Of a DNA stretch of 46,750 nucleotides, positions 29,718 to 39,353 are shown in pieces. Position 1 is the stretch's first letter. Every line of letters begins with the position of its first letter. The stretch is from an archaeon. Lineage in GTDB: Archaea > Nanobdellota > Nanobdellia > SCGC-AAA011-G17 > GW2011-AR20. The stretch is taken from positions 177,762-224,511 of the forward strand of contig NZCT01000024.1 in assembly GCA_002688355.1 (NCBI GenBank). Reading direction: 5' to 3'. The notes below the pieces were generated by a model. That model was not told the origin of the DNA. It made no database searches and saw only the letters and a program-made list of their open reading frames with translations. Both the position numbers and the translations under genes were made by a program.

Positions 29718-29827
29718 AAAGTTAATAAATAAAATCAATATATAAATTTTTATATAATTATATAACTATAAGGAAATATATAAGTTATAAGGATAAGACA
29801 TATAATTAAAATTCTACATTTATTCTT

Positions 29828-30496
29828 ATGGAAAAACACACTAAAACCGTATTAATAGCCTTAACAATAGTAATTATACTAACATTAACAATATCATTAA
29901 TACTAAGTGATAAGGAAGAAGAAAATAATATTCAGACATTAACTATTGATCCAATAGATGAAGCACAAAAGTTTCACAAGTCAAATACAACGAAAAAACC
30001 TACACTAAAAAAAATAATCATAAATTCAAATTTATCTCTAAAAACACTTGAATTAAATCTTGAAGAAAAAAACATAATAATAAAACCAAAAAACGTACAT
30101 ATTAAAGATAATAACTTAAAACTTAAAATTTCTACAGAAGATCAACTATTAATCAAAGAATTTACAGGCAGAATAATTATTAATGAAACTTTATACTTAT
30201 CTGGAAATTTCTTAGAGTATTCAACTCTTCCAATTAATATTCAACAAGAAACACCAATAGAACTATTCATAGATTATTATGAACTAGAAATTGAAGATGT
30301 TACAATAAAAAATTTAGAAGAAACTCATCAAGGAACAATAAGAATAGATAATTCAGAAATAGATTTAAATGAAGATTTGCTTTATTTAAATGAGTTTATA
30401 GGTTCTCTAATTGTAAAAGATAAAAAAATATTTCTTAATGGAAATACAAAATCAATAGAAATAGAAAAAGAGAAGTACAATTTCAAGATAGATTAA
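29828..30496 (+). CDS. Membrane-anchored hypothetical protein (beta-rich)
   Basis: N-terminal TM; no recognisable motif. Confidence 0.6.
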   Translation: MEKHTKTVLIALTIVIILTLTISLILSDKEEENNIQTLTIDPIDEAQKFHKSNTTKKPTLKKIIINSNLSLKTLELNLEEKNIIIKPKNVHIKDNNLKLKISTEDQLLIKEFTGRIIINETLYLSGNFLEYSTLPINIQQETPIELFIDYYELEIEDVTIKNLEETHQGTIRIDNSEIDLNEDLLYLNEFIGSLIVKDKKIFLNGNTKSIEIEKEKYNFKID

Positions 30497-30500
30497 TATA

Positions 30501-30600
30501 TGGGACGAGTGAGATTTGAACTCACGACCCCATGAGCTTCAGTCATGTCTAAGATCAAGTTTATTCAACTTAACGCTCTCCCAGGCTGAGCTACCGTCCC
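30501..30600 (-). tRNA. tRNA-Phe(GAA) with 26-nt non-canonical intron; CCA not encoded
   Basis: Minus strand: GGGACGG/TCGTCCC acceptor stem, GCTC/GAGC D stem, CATGA-CTGAAGC-TCATG anticodon arm, GTGAG-TTCAAAT-CTCAC T arm; TTTAAATA box upstream. Confidence 0.95.
30549..30574 (-). other. tRNA intron at position 25/26 with bulge-helix-bulge motif
   Basis: GAGA/TCTT 4-bp helix, 3-nt bulges GC|G and AG|A, internal hairpin TTAAGTT-GAATA-AACTTGA. Confidence 0.85.
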
Positions 30601-30689
30601 ATATTAAAATATCTACTAAAAGATGCTTATTTAAACATTTCCAATAACAAAAGAAAACATTTATTAATAAGAACATATCAAATATAAAA

Positions 30690-31316
30690 ATGGTAAAAAA
30701 AGGGGTAAAGAGTAAAACTACTAAAAAGAGGGTTAAACGAGCTCCTCCTAAGAAAAGTTTACTTAAAAAAGCTGTATCACAAAAACAAAGTAAAACAAAA
30801 ATAGATGTAAATCTTTTACTAAAAAATCAAAATCATCAAAGTTCTTTAACTAGAAAATTATTAGTTGTAGTAGCAATCTTGGCTGCTTTCATTGCTTTAA
30901 TTTCCTTAGGTAATTATTCTGGTAATGTAACAGCTCCAATCGATAGAACATTATTCTCTATAGAAGGAGATATTGGCACACCATATAAAGTAGTAGATGT
31001 TTCGAAAAGCAAAAATTCTGCAGTACAGATAGCATATACAAGCACAATAAAAACAAATGTATTTGTTGAAACTAACGATTGTGATGCTTGGAAAAAAGGT
31101 AAAGATTCTAACAATCATGTACTATATGCAATATCAAATATTAAAAGTGCAAATTTCAAAGTGGGAGACTCTTTACAAAACACAAGACAACAATTAGATC
31201 TTTATCAAACAGAAAATTTATGTTTAATAGTAATAAACAAAGAAACACCATCTTCAGGAAAATTCACTTTAACAGCAACTGAAACCGATAACAACATTTA
31301 TAATATAATAGAATAA
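30690..31316 (+). CDS. Membrane-anchored hypothetical protein with basic N-terminus
   Basis: Lys-rich N-terminus, one TM, SGNV, beta-rich ectodomain with two Cys. Confidence 0.65.
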   Translation: MVKKGVKSKTTKKRVKRAPPKKSLLKKAVSQKQSKTKIDVNLLLKNQNHQSSLTRKLLVVVAILAAFIALISLGNYSGNVTAPIDRTLFSIEGDIGTPYKVVDVSKSKNSAVQIAYTSTIKTNVFVETNDCDAWKKGKDSNNHVLYAISNIKSANFKVGDSLQNTRQQLDLYQTENLCLIVINKETPSSGKFTLTATETDNNIYNIIE

Positions 31317-31326
31317 TATCTTAAAG

Positions 31327-31851
31327 ATGAGAAGTAAAAAAGGTGCATTAGAACTTTCTATTAATACTATCATAGTTATTGTAATTGGTGTAACAGTTCT
31401 AAGCTTAGGTTTAATTTTTATAAACAATTTATTCAAAGATATGGGTGGAACTGCGGAAGGAGCTTTTGAAAATGCAAATGCTGCATTAGACAAAATAACA
31501 GGAGATGCAGATGAATATTTATTATTAGCTCCAAATAGCATAACTATTGAACATGGAAAAAACAAAGGTGTTTATGCACTAATAACAAATATTGATTCTG
31601 ATGAAACTTTAACAGGATTAAGTGCAGTATTAAGTGTGCCTGATGAAGATAAAGATGATATAGTTTGTAGATTTTTTACTAATAAAAAAACACAAATACC
31701 AGTAAGAGACATAGAGCCTGGCGATAAAGAAAAAATTGGTGTATTGATAGAAACTGAAAAAAATAAACTAGGACCAAAAATATGTACAATTACAGTTTCA
31801 GGAATACCTAGTGACAGTGAATCAAATATTCTCATAAATGTAGAAAAGTAA
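31327..31851 (+). CDS. Pilin-like protein with class III signal peptide
   Basis: MRSKKG|[15 protein letters not shown] hydrophobic stretch; Ig-like beta-rich C-domain. Confidence 0.8.
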   Translation: MRSKKGALELSINTIIVIVIGVTVLSLGLIFINNLFKDMGGTAEGAFENANAALDKITGDADEYLLLAPNSITIEHGKNKGVYALITNIDSDETLTGLSAVLSVPDEDKDDIVCRFFTNKKTQIPVRDIEPGDKEKIGVLIETEKNKLGPKICTITVSGIPSDSESNILINVEK

Positions 31852-31895
31852 TTCTAAATAAAAACAATTTTAAACATGAACATTTCGATAGTAAA

Positions 31896-33281
31896 ATGCC
31901 TTTAAAATTATACAACACACTAACAAGAAAAAAAGAAATATTCAAACCAATTAAAAAAAATTCTGTTGGCCTTTACACTTGTGGTCCTACTGTTTACAAT
32001 TACGCTCACATTGGAAACCTAAGAACTTACATATTCGAAGATATCTTAAAAAGAGTTTTACTTTACAACAAATACAAAGTCAAACATGTAATGAATATTA
32101 CAGATGTAGGTCATTTAACTTCTGATTCAGATACAGGACAAGATAAAATTGAAAAAGCATCTAAAAAAGAAAATAAAACAGCATGGCAAATTGCTAAGTT
32201 CTACACAAAAGCATTCCTAGAAGATACAAAAAAATTAAACATATTAAAACCAGATATAACTTGTAAAGCAACAGATTACATAAAAGAACAAATAGATTTA
32301 ATAAAAATTTTAGAAGAAAAAGGTTATACTTATGAAATTGAAGATGGAATTTATTTTAACACTTCTAAACTAAAAGATTATGGGAAATTAGCAAAGCTAA
32401 AAATAGAAGAATTAAAAGAAGGTGCTCGTGTTGATGTAGTTAAAGGAAAAAAGCATCATGCAGATTTTGCTTTGTGGAAATTTTCTAAAGAAAGAAGACA
32501 AATGGAATGGCCCTCCAAATATGGCATTGGCTTCCCAGGTTGGCATATAGAATGTTCAGCAATGTCCATGAAATATTTAGGAGAAACTTTTGACATACAT
32601 TGTGGAGGTATAGATCATATTCCAGTTCATCATACAAATGAAATAGCACAAACAGAAGCAGCAACAGGAAAAAAATTCGTAAATTATTGGTTACATGGAA
32701 ATTTCATTGTTCTAAAAGATGATATAAAAATGGCCAAGTCAGGAGAGAACTTCATAACATTAAAAGCATTAGAAGATCAAGGATACACTCCAGAAGATTA
32801 TAGATATTTAACTTTAACTGCAAATTACAGAAAACCAATAATGTTTAGCGAAGAAGCTTTAGAAGGTGCAAAAAATTCTTTAGATAAACTAACAACAAAA
32901 ATATTAGAAATAAAAGCTACAACAAATGAAAGTAATGGAAAAACAGACAAATATGAAAAATTATTTGAAAAAGCAATTAATGATGATCTTAACACACCAA
33001 AAGCATTAGCAATTTTATGGGATTTAATAAAAGATCAAAAAGTAAATAATAAAACAAAATATGATTTAATCTTAAACTTCGATAAAATTTTTGGTTTAAA
33101 TTTAAAAAATATTAAAAAATCTTTAATACCTCAAGAAATAAAAGATTTAGCAGATAAAAGAGAAAAAGCAAGGAAAGAAAACAATTGGGATCTTGCAGAT
33201 ACAATAAGAGACAAAATAACAAAAAAAGGTTATTCAATCGAAGATTCTAATTCAGGATATAAAATAACAAAAAATGTATAA
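31896..33281 (+). CDS. cysS: Cysteine-tRNA ligase
   Basis: [47 protein letters not shown]. Confidence 0.97.
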   Translation: MPLKLYNTLTRKKEIFKPIKKNSVGLYTCGPTVYNYAHIGNLRTYIFEDILKRVLLYNKYKVKHVMNITDVGHLTSDSDTGQDKIEKASKKENKTAWQIAKFYTKAFLEDTKKLNILKPDITCKATDYIKEQIDLIKILEEKGYTYEIEDGIYFNTSKLKDYGKLAKLKIEELKEGARVDVVKGKKHHADFALWKFSKERRQMEWPSKYGIGFPGWHIECSAMSMKYLGETFDIHCGGIDHIPVHHTNEIAQTEAATGKKFVNYWLHGNFIVLKDDIKMAKSGENFITLKALEDQGYTPEDYRYLTLTANYRKPIMFSEEALEGAKNSLDKLTTKILEIKATTNESNGKTDKYEKLFEKAINDDLNTPKALAILWDLIKDQKVNNKTKYDLILNFDKIFGLNLKNIKKSLIPQEIKDLADKREKARKENNWDLADTIRDKITKKGYSIEDSNSGYKITKNV

Positions 33282-33528
33282 AACAATGTTAAAAGCCAGT
33301 ATAATTGGCTATACTCTTGGCGCAGCAATAACTGCTATCTCTGGAATGTGTTTACTAAAATCAGAAATCTATGAAAGATATGGTCTAGAACATATAGTTA
33401 AAGATTCAAAAGAAGATAAAATAATGTTTAACAGTCTAACAACAGGTCTTGCTATTTATTTAACCTCTTTAATTCCTCACGGAATAGCATATTCAAAGCT
33501 CAATAAAGAAGAAAATCTTGAACAATAG
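33274..33528 (+). CDS. Small two-TM hypothetical protein
   Basis: 84 aa, two hydrophobic segments, overlaps the cysS stop. Confidence 0.55.
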   Translation: MYKTMLKASIIGYTLGAAITAISGMCLLKSEIYERYGLEHIVKDSKEDKIMFNSLTTGLAIYLTSLIPHGIAYSKLNKEENLEQ

Positions 33529-33558
33529 TTTTTTAAAGCTTAATATTTCTATTTTCCT

Positions 33559-33975
33559 ATGGTAACTATATATGATGTAGACACAAATAAGCTAATAGAA
33601 TCAGCTAGTGAAGAAATGAAAAAGCTAGTTAAAGCTCCAGAATGGACAAAATATGTTAAAACAGGTGTTGGAAAAGAAAGAGCACCTATTGACATAGATT
33701 GGTATTACAAAAGAACTGCAGCAATTCTAAGAAAAGTATATATGCGTGGTCCTCTAGGAACAAATAAATTAAGAACATTATTTGGAAATAGAAAAAATAG
33801 AGGCATGCAACCTGAAAGATTTCGTAGAGGTTCTGGTAAAATTATAAGAACTTCACTACAACAACTAGAAGAAGCAAAACTAATCAAAAAAGGCTCAAAG
33901 GGAACTCATAAAGGTCGTTTAATAACAAATGAAGGAGTTAAATTCCTAGATTCAATAGCTAAAAAAGTAAAATGA
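33559..33975 (+). CDS. rps19e: 30S ribosomal protein S19e
   Basis: PEW..VKTG..KERAP...DWYY.R.A, GSGKIIR..LQQLE. Confidence 0.97.
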   Translation: MVTIYDVDTNKLIESASEEMKKLVKAPEWTKYVKTGVGKERAPIDIDWYYKRTAAILRKVYMRGPLGTNKLRTLFGNRKNRGMQPERFRRGSGKIIRTSLQQLEEAKLIKKGSKGTHKGRLITNEGVKFLDSIAKKVK

Positions 33976-34304
33976 ATGATTTAGATAAATTAAAACAAGA
34001 AAAACTTAAAGAATTACAACAAAATTTAAATCAACAACCACAAGAAAATATACAACAAGAAACACAAATTCAAGATCAAATTAATCAACTAGAAATATTA
34101 ATAAAAAAATACTTAACAAGAGACGCATTATTAAGATATGGAAATATAAAAACAGCAAGTCCAGAAAAAGCAATACAAACATTAACAGTATTAGCACAAT
34201 TAATTCAATTCAAAAAGGAAAACGAAAAAATTTCAGACCAAGAACTTAAAGAAGTATTAATAAAAATACAAGAACCAAAGAAGGAATTTAACATAAGAAA
34301 ATAA
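33972..34304 (+). CDS. PDCD5/TFAR19-like DNA-binding protein
   Basis: LTRDALLRYGNIK..PEKA, ISDQELKEVL, FNIRK; conserved position after rps19e. Confidence 0.88.
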   Translation: MNDLDKLKQEKLKELQQNLNQQPQENIQQETQIQDQINQLEILIKKYLTRDALLRYGNIKTASPEKAIQTLTVLAQLIQFKKENEKISDQELKEVLIKIQEPKKEFNIRK

Positions 34305-34305
34305 A

Positions 34306-34479
34306 ATGGCAAAATTTAAACCACTGGCGAAAAAATTACGTTTAGCAAAGAAGGGTAAACAAACAAAGTGGGCACCATTCTGGACAGTTCAAAAAATTTA
34401 CGGTAGTTCTAGAAGAGTTCATCCAGGAAGACATACTCATGTAAAAAGACATTGGAGAAGATCAAATACTGACGCATAA
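34306..34479 (+). CDS. rpl39e: 50S ribosomal protein L39e
   Basis: Not in track (57 aa): MAKFKPLAKKLRLAKKGKQTKWAPFW...KRHWRRSNTDA; directly before rpl31e. Confidence 0.93.
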   Translation: MAKFKPLAKKLRLAKKGKQTKWAPFWTVQKIYGSSRRVHPGRHTHVKRHWRRSNTDA

Positions 34480-34480
34480 A

Positions 34481-35035
34481 ATGGCACCTTTAGAAAGACT
34501 ATACACTGTACCTTTAAGAAAAAGATTTCTAAAAGGACCTAAATATAGAAGAACAAGAAAAGCAGTTATAGCCTTAAGAGAATTTATACAAAAACATATG
34601 AAATCTGAAGATGTTAGAATAGGTTCTCATTTAAATTTGGAAATGTGGAAACATGGTAAACAAAATCCACCATCAAGAATAAAAGTCAAAGCAATTAAAG
34701 ATACTGAAAAAGTAAAAGATAAAGACGTAGAAATAGTAAGAGTTGAATTACCCCATATTAAAATAGAAACTAAAAAGGAAGACAAGAAAGATGATAAAAA
34801 GAAAACAGATAAAAAAGAGGAAAAAGTAGAAACTCCTAAAATAGAAGATAAAAAGGAAGAAACTAAAGAAACAAAACAAGAGAAAGAAAAGAAAGAAGTA
34901 TTAGAACATCCTGATAAAGAAAAACCAACAGTAACAACAGAGAAAAAACAAGCTACAAAAGAACAAGAAACATTACAAAAAACAAAGAAAATAATTTCAG
35001 CAACAGAGAAACCAATTCACGAAAAGAAAAAGTAA
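34481..35035 (+). CDS. rpl31e: 50S ribosomal protein L31e with K/E-rich C-terminal extension
   Basis: ERLYTVPLR, RKAV..LREF..KHMK, LN..MW..G...PP.RIKV. Confidence 0.95.
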   Translation: MAPLERLYTVPLRKRFLKGPKYRRTRKAVIALREFIQKHMKSEDVRIGSHLNLEMWKHGKQNPPSRIKVKAIKDTEKVKDKDVEIVRVELPHIKIETKKEDKKDDKKKTDKKEEKVETPKIEDKKEETKETKQEKEKKEVLEHPDKEKPTVTTEKKQATKEQETLQKTKKIISATEKPIHEKKK

Positions 35036-35067
35036 ATCTTATATAACCTTATTCTACTAATAATAAC

Positions 35068-35355
35068 ATGATAGAAAAAGAACAAGTTATAGAATATTTG
35101 AAACAAGTCCAAGATCCTGAGTTAAATATAGACGTCTGGACATTAGGTTTAATTTACGATATTAAAATAGCTGAAGATGCTTTAAATATTCAAATGACAT
35201 TTACTACTCCAATGTGTCCCTACGGACCAACATTAGTTGAAAGCATTAAAATGAAACTACTTTCTCTAGAGAAGATTAATCAAGTAGATGTAGAAGTAGT
35301 TTTTGATCCACCTTGGCAACCTAATGACGAATTAAGAGCAATGTTAGGTGTATAA
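35068..35355 (+). CDS. Metal-sulfur cluster assembly factor (DUF59/SufT-like)
   Basis: VQDPELNID...LGLIY, TFTTPMCP, VFDPPW. Confidence 0.93.
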   Translation: MIEKEQVIEYLKQVQDPELNIDVWTLGLIYDIKIAEDALNIQMTFTTPMCPYGPTLVESIKMKLLSLEKINQVDVEVVFDPPWQPNDELRAMLGV

Positions 35356-35359
35356 AAAC
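35331..35359. repeat. 29-bp direct repeat copy 1 (3' end of DUF59 gene)
   Basis: ATTAAGAGCAATGTTAGGTGTATAAAAAC; 28/29 identical to 36675-36703. Confidence 0.92.
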
Positions 35360-35363
35360 AAAA

Positions 35364-36623
35364 TTATTCTAAATTTTTTATTATTCTTTTGTAAATTTCA
35401 AATTCTTCCTTAGATAAACACAAATCCTTTGTTGGCCAGAAAGGATCTACATCTTCTCTATTCAGTATGGAAGTTGCTTCAGGAATAATATCTTTTATAG
35501 ATTGAAGTGCCTCTGTGAATATTCCTTTCATAATTAAATCTTCAAAGTTTTCTCCACGACCAGAATCATTAGTTAAAGAATATAAATTTAGACAGCTTGA
35601 ATGCCCATAACCTGCTATGTGATGAGTTAAACTCCAAATATGTTTCTCAGGATATCTTTCACGAACTAAACTATTATTTACTATCCTTGATTGATAATCA
35701 TTATAGATAATTCCAATACAATTTTGTTGAATTTGTAGTTTTTCCTCAAACCCAATTAGCAATCTACTTTGTTCCCATAATTGATAAAGTCCTTTAATAT
35801 CAACCACTTTGGATGCATATTCTATAACATCGTTTCGTATCTGTTCTATCTTTTCTGAATCCATTAACAATATAGAAAACTGTTCCTTTGTTTGAGAGTT
35901 TCCAATTTTATAATTTGAATTCACAGGGATTAGTTTATTCTGGAAATTATAATTCGTTTCATCATGAATAAATACAATAACATCGTTAAGAAATATCCTT
36001 GATGCTTTCTTTTCATTCTTAGAAATTCCAATATCATTATGGTCTGACCAAATAATTAGCGCTCTTGGGTACACAGAAAATAAATAATGTTGCCAAAATC
36101 TCTTTTCATGTTCATCCATATTAGGATTATCATCTAAATTAAGGGATTCAACTACTCTATAAATAGTATCCAACATATTTAGACTATATTCTTCAGAATG
36201 TTCCTTTGATTTCTGAGTTAATTCTTTTTCTATTGAATTAATTACTTTATTTACATTATCCATATCTACAGTAGAGCTTTCAATCTTTTTCTCTAATTCA
36301 TTCATCATTTCAATTAATCCTTCTCTATCATTTTCATTCTCAAAATAAAATATTGATCTATTTTGTAAATCTTTTTTATTCATTAAATCAATTAAGCTTG
36401 CTTTAAATGTTTTGAAATAACTATCTAATTGATTTTTATCATGATCGTCTTTCTGTACATGCTCAACTAAACTAATTAAATTACTTTCTGTATTTTCAAC
36501 ATAATGCAAAAGGTTATCTTTATCCTCTAGATTGTCTCTTTCTATATGATCTTTAATCTGAGCTAAGTGAACATTTATATTTTTAAGGAAATGTAATAGT
36601 TCTTGAATTGCCGTAATCTTCAT
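35364..36623 (-). CDS. Orphan 419-aa protein inside direct-repeat-bounded insertion
   Basis: Long ORF with GAGGTGA SD and its own TATA-like box; helical N-terminus; no recognisable family. Confidence 0.8.
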   Translation of the reverse strand: MKITAIQELLHFLKNINVHLAQIKDHIERDNLEDKDNLLHYVENTESNLISLVEHVQKDDHDKNQLDSYFKTFKASLIDLMNKKDLQNRSIFYFENENDREGLIEMMNELEKKIESSTVDMDNVNKVINSIEKELTQKSKEHSEEYSLNMLDTIYRVVESLNLDDNPNMDEHEKRFWQHYLFSVYPRALIIWSDHNDIGISKNEKKASRIFLNDVIVFIHDETNYNFQNKLIPVNSNYKIGNSQTKEQFSILLMDSEKIEQIRNDVIEYASKVVDIKGLYQLWEQSRLLIGFEEKLQIQQNCIGIIYNDYQSRIVNNSLVRERYPEKHIWSLTHHIAGYGHSSCLNLYSLTNDSGRGENFEDLIMKGIFTEALQSIKDIIPEATSILNREDVDPFWPTKDLCLSKEEFEIYKRIIKNLE

Positions 36624-36674
36624 TCACCTCTTTAAATTATATAAATTATTGATATAAAAAGTTATCTCAAAAGG

Positions 36675-36703
36675 ATTAAGAGCAATGTTAGGCGTATAAA
36701 AAC
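36675..36703. repeat. 29-bp direct repeat copy 2 (displaced DUF59 3' end)
   Basis: ATTAAGAGCAATGTTAGGCGTATAAAAAC; encodes LRAMLGV-stop like copy 1, with one synonymous change. Confidence 0.92.
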
Positions 36704-36739
36704 TAAAATTATTTAAAACATAATAATTATTCTTTTAAT

Positions 36740-37444
36740 ATGTATGAATATTTAATTGGTAATTTAGGTTTAGGATTAATGTGGCTATTTCTATATATTA
36801 AAAATAATAATTTAAGAAAAGAAATGATTTACGGAGGTATTCTATATGTTTCTATAATAGCACCAACAATAATTATAACAAAACTATTATCGTATTTCAC
36901 ACAAATAACTTGGAGATATGTACCAGATTATTTTAACCCACATACATTATTTAATTTAAGTAGGAAAACTGGAATTTTATCAATAGAAGATATATTATTC
37001 ATGTTCTTAGCAGGAGGGATTATTGTTACAATCTATGAAATAATATTTAAAAAAGAAATAATTAAAACACATAAAAAACACCACATCTTAGCATTGATCT
37101 CTTTCTTTTCAAGTTACATAATTATAGCATTAATTTTTAGTTTTAATCCAATATATAATTTAATCATATCAAGTTTTATTGGTTTTTTAGTCATAACATT
37201 TCAAAGATCAGATTTAATCAAACACTCAGTTTACGGAGGAATAGCATTCACAGTTCTTTGGTTTATCTTAGTAATATTATTTAATATAGTATTTCCAAAT
37301 GTACTTCAAGAAGGGTTCTGGAACTTAAACAATATAAGTGGAATCCTAATGTTAAAAGTTCCTATAGAAGAATTATTATATGCATTTACTTTTGGATTGA
37401 TGTTTGCACCAATGTATGAATATATTAAAGGTTATAAGAACTAA
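36740..37444 (+). CDS. Membrane protein with two lycopene-cyclase (CrtYc/d-like) domains
   Basis: Two repeated halves ending SIEDILFMF and VPIEELLYAF; W....SGI motif. Confidence 0.65.
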   Translation: MYEYLIGNLGLGLMWLFLYIKNNNLRKEMIYGGILYVSIIAPTIIITKLLSYFTQITWRYVPDYFNPHTLFNLSRKTGILSIEDILFMFLAGGIIVTIYEIIFKKEIIKTHKKHHILALISFFSSYIIIALIFSFNPIYNLIISSFIGFLVITFQRSDLIKHSVYGGIAFTVLWFILVILFNIVFPNVLQEGFWNLNNISGILMLKVPIEELLYAFTFGLMFAPMYEYIKGYKN

Positions 37445-38283
37445 TTCTCATTAAACTTCTTCTCTAAAAAATAAACCAATACGAATCCAACTAATCCAAA
37501 TAAAATAACTAAAAATAAACTACTATTAGAATTAACAATATTTCTCCAAGGAATTCTCAAAGAACCCAACATTAATCCAATCAAAAAAGATAAAGTCAAA
37601 AACTTAAACCTCCTTAATAAAAGATCTAAAACCCTAGAAAATATTAACAATCCAGAAATAGCACCTAAAAAAAACACAAAAATAACTTTAATTCTAAAAT
37701 CATGTAAAACATCAATTAAATACTGATATTGATTTAACAATAATAAAATAAAAGCTCCTGAAATCCCTGGCAAGATCATAGCACTTATAGCTAACACTCC
37801 AGAAATAAATATCACAAATAAAGAATGATTAACTTGTAAAGCAGAAAATCCAGCAATAAAATAAGCAAAGAAAAACCCAATTATAGAAAATATTAATCTT
37901 TTATAATTTAGTTTATCAACATGTGTATACAAATACAATGAAGAACCTAATATTAATCCAAAGAAAAATCCAAATGTAATTCCAGTATATTTATCGAGTA
38001 AAACATTAATAATTCCAGATATAAAAAAAACAGCTATTGAAATACCCAATCCTAAGGGAATAAACAATCCAAAATCTATTTTTCTAAATTCTTTAATAAG
38101 ATCTTTAAACTTAAACTTTAAAATTAATAAAATAAATTTAACCAAAAAACTAATAGAACCTATCAATCTTTCATATATCCCAGTTATTAATGCAATAGTA
38201 CCTCCAGAAACACCTGGAACAACATCAGCACTTCCCATAAACAAACCTCGTAAAAAAATAAGAAAACTTTCTTTTAATTTCAT
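37441..38283 (-). CDS. DUF368 membrane protein (polyprenyl-phosphate translocase family)
   Basis: MGSADVVPGVSGGTIA.ITGIYE, AMILPGISG, GLMLGSL..PW. Confidence 0.92.
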   Translation of the reverse strand: MKLKESFLIFLRGLFMGSADVVPGVSGGTIALITGIYERLIGSISFLVKFILLILKFKFKDLIKEFRKIDFGLFIPLGLGISIAVFFISGIINVLLDKYTGITFGFFFGLILGSSLYLYTHVDKLNYKRLIFSIIGFFFAYFIAGFSALQVNHSLFVIFISGVLAISAMILPGISGAFILLLLNQYQYLIDVLHDFRIKVIFVFFLGAISGLLIFSRVLDLLLRRFKFLTLSFLIGLMLGSLRIPWRNIVNSNSSLFLVILFGLVGFVLVYFLEKKFNEN

Positions 38284-38333
38284 AAATCTAATGAAATAAC
38301 ATTATTTTTAAACCTTTAGATCTGAAAATCCTT

Positions 38334-39323
38334 ATGGAAAACTTATTACCGTTTGAGAAAATTGAAAGAGAATTATTAGTTAAAGTAGATGCTAAAACAG
38401 ATCCAAATTATGGTCAAGATCCTAATAAAAGACCAATTAAAGAGTTAATTAGCTATGGAATCATAAATCTAAACAAACCAGAAGGTCCAACTTCCCACAT
38501 GGTCTCAGCTTACGTTCAAAATATTCTAGAAATAAATAAATCTGGACACTCAGGTACCTTAGATCCTCTTGTCGTAGGAGTTTTACCAATAGCTCTAGAA
38601 AAAGCAACAAGAATAGTCCAACCCCTACTAAAAACTGGAAAGGAATATGTTTGTTTAATGCAGATACATAAAGATGTAAAAGAAGAAGATATTAAAAAAA
38701 CAATGGAAAAATTCTTAGGAAAAATTAAACAATTACCTCCAGTAAAATCAGCAATTAAAAGACAAGAAAGAACTAGAGAAGTTTATTATTTTGATATCCT
38801 AGAAATAAATAAACAAAATGTTCTATTCAAAGTTGGTACAGAAGCAGGGACTTACATCAGAAAATTAGTTCATGATTTTGGTCAAGAACTAAAAGTTGGT
38901 GCTCACATGAAACAACTAGTAAGAACAAAAGTAGGTTCATTTAATGATGAAACATGGATAACATTACAAGACTTAAAAGACGCTTACGAATTATACAAAA
39001 ACGAAAATAATGAAGAAGAACTAAAAAAATGTATCTTACCAATAGAATCAGCAGTCCAACATCTACCAAAAATTTACGTTCTCGATTCGACAGTTGATTC
39101 AATTTGCAATGGAGCTAATCTTAACATCCCGGGAATCTCTAAATTAGATTCAAATATAAAAGAAAACGATCAAGTAGCAATCTTAACATTAAAAAAAGAA
39201 CTAGTATGTTTAGGTGTAGCAAAAACAACATCTGAAAACATTCTAAAAAACTATCAAGGTCTCTCCGTAGACGTAAAAAAAGTATTCATGTCCTCTGGAA
39301 TATATCCTAGATATAATAAATAA
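38334..39323 (+). CDS. cbf5: H/ACA pseudouridine synthase Cbf5
   Basis: NKPEGPTSH, GHSGTLDP, KEYVC, QLPPVKSA, AGTYIRKL, PUA domain. Confidence 0.97.
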   Translation: MENLLPFEKIERELLVKVDAKTDPNYGQDPNKRPIKELISYGIINLNKPEGPTSHMVSAYVQNILEINKSGHSGTLDPLVVGVLPIALEKATRIVQPLLKTGKEYVCLMQIHKDVKEEDIKKTMEKFLGKIKQLPPVKSAIKRQERTREVYYFDILEINKQNVLFKVGTEAGTYIRKLVHDFGQELKVGAHMKQLVRTKVGSFNDETWITLQDLKDAYELYKNENNEEELKKCILPIESAVQHLPKIYVLDSTVDSICNGANLNIPGISKLDSNIKENDQVAILTLKKELVCLGVAKTTSENILKNYQGLSVDVKKVFMSSGIYPRYNK

Positions 39324-39353
39324 ATTAATAAACACATAAATCTTTATTAAATT

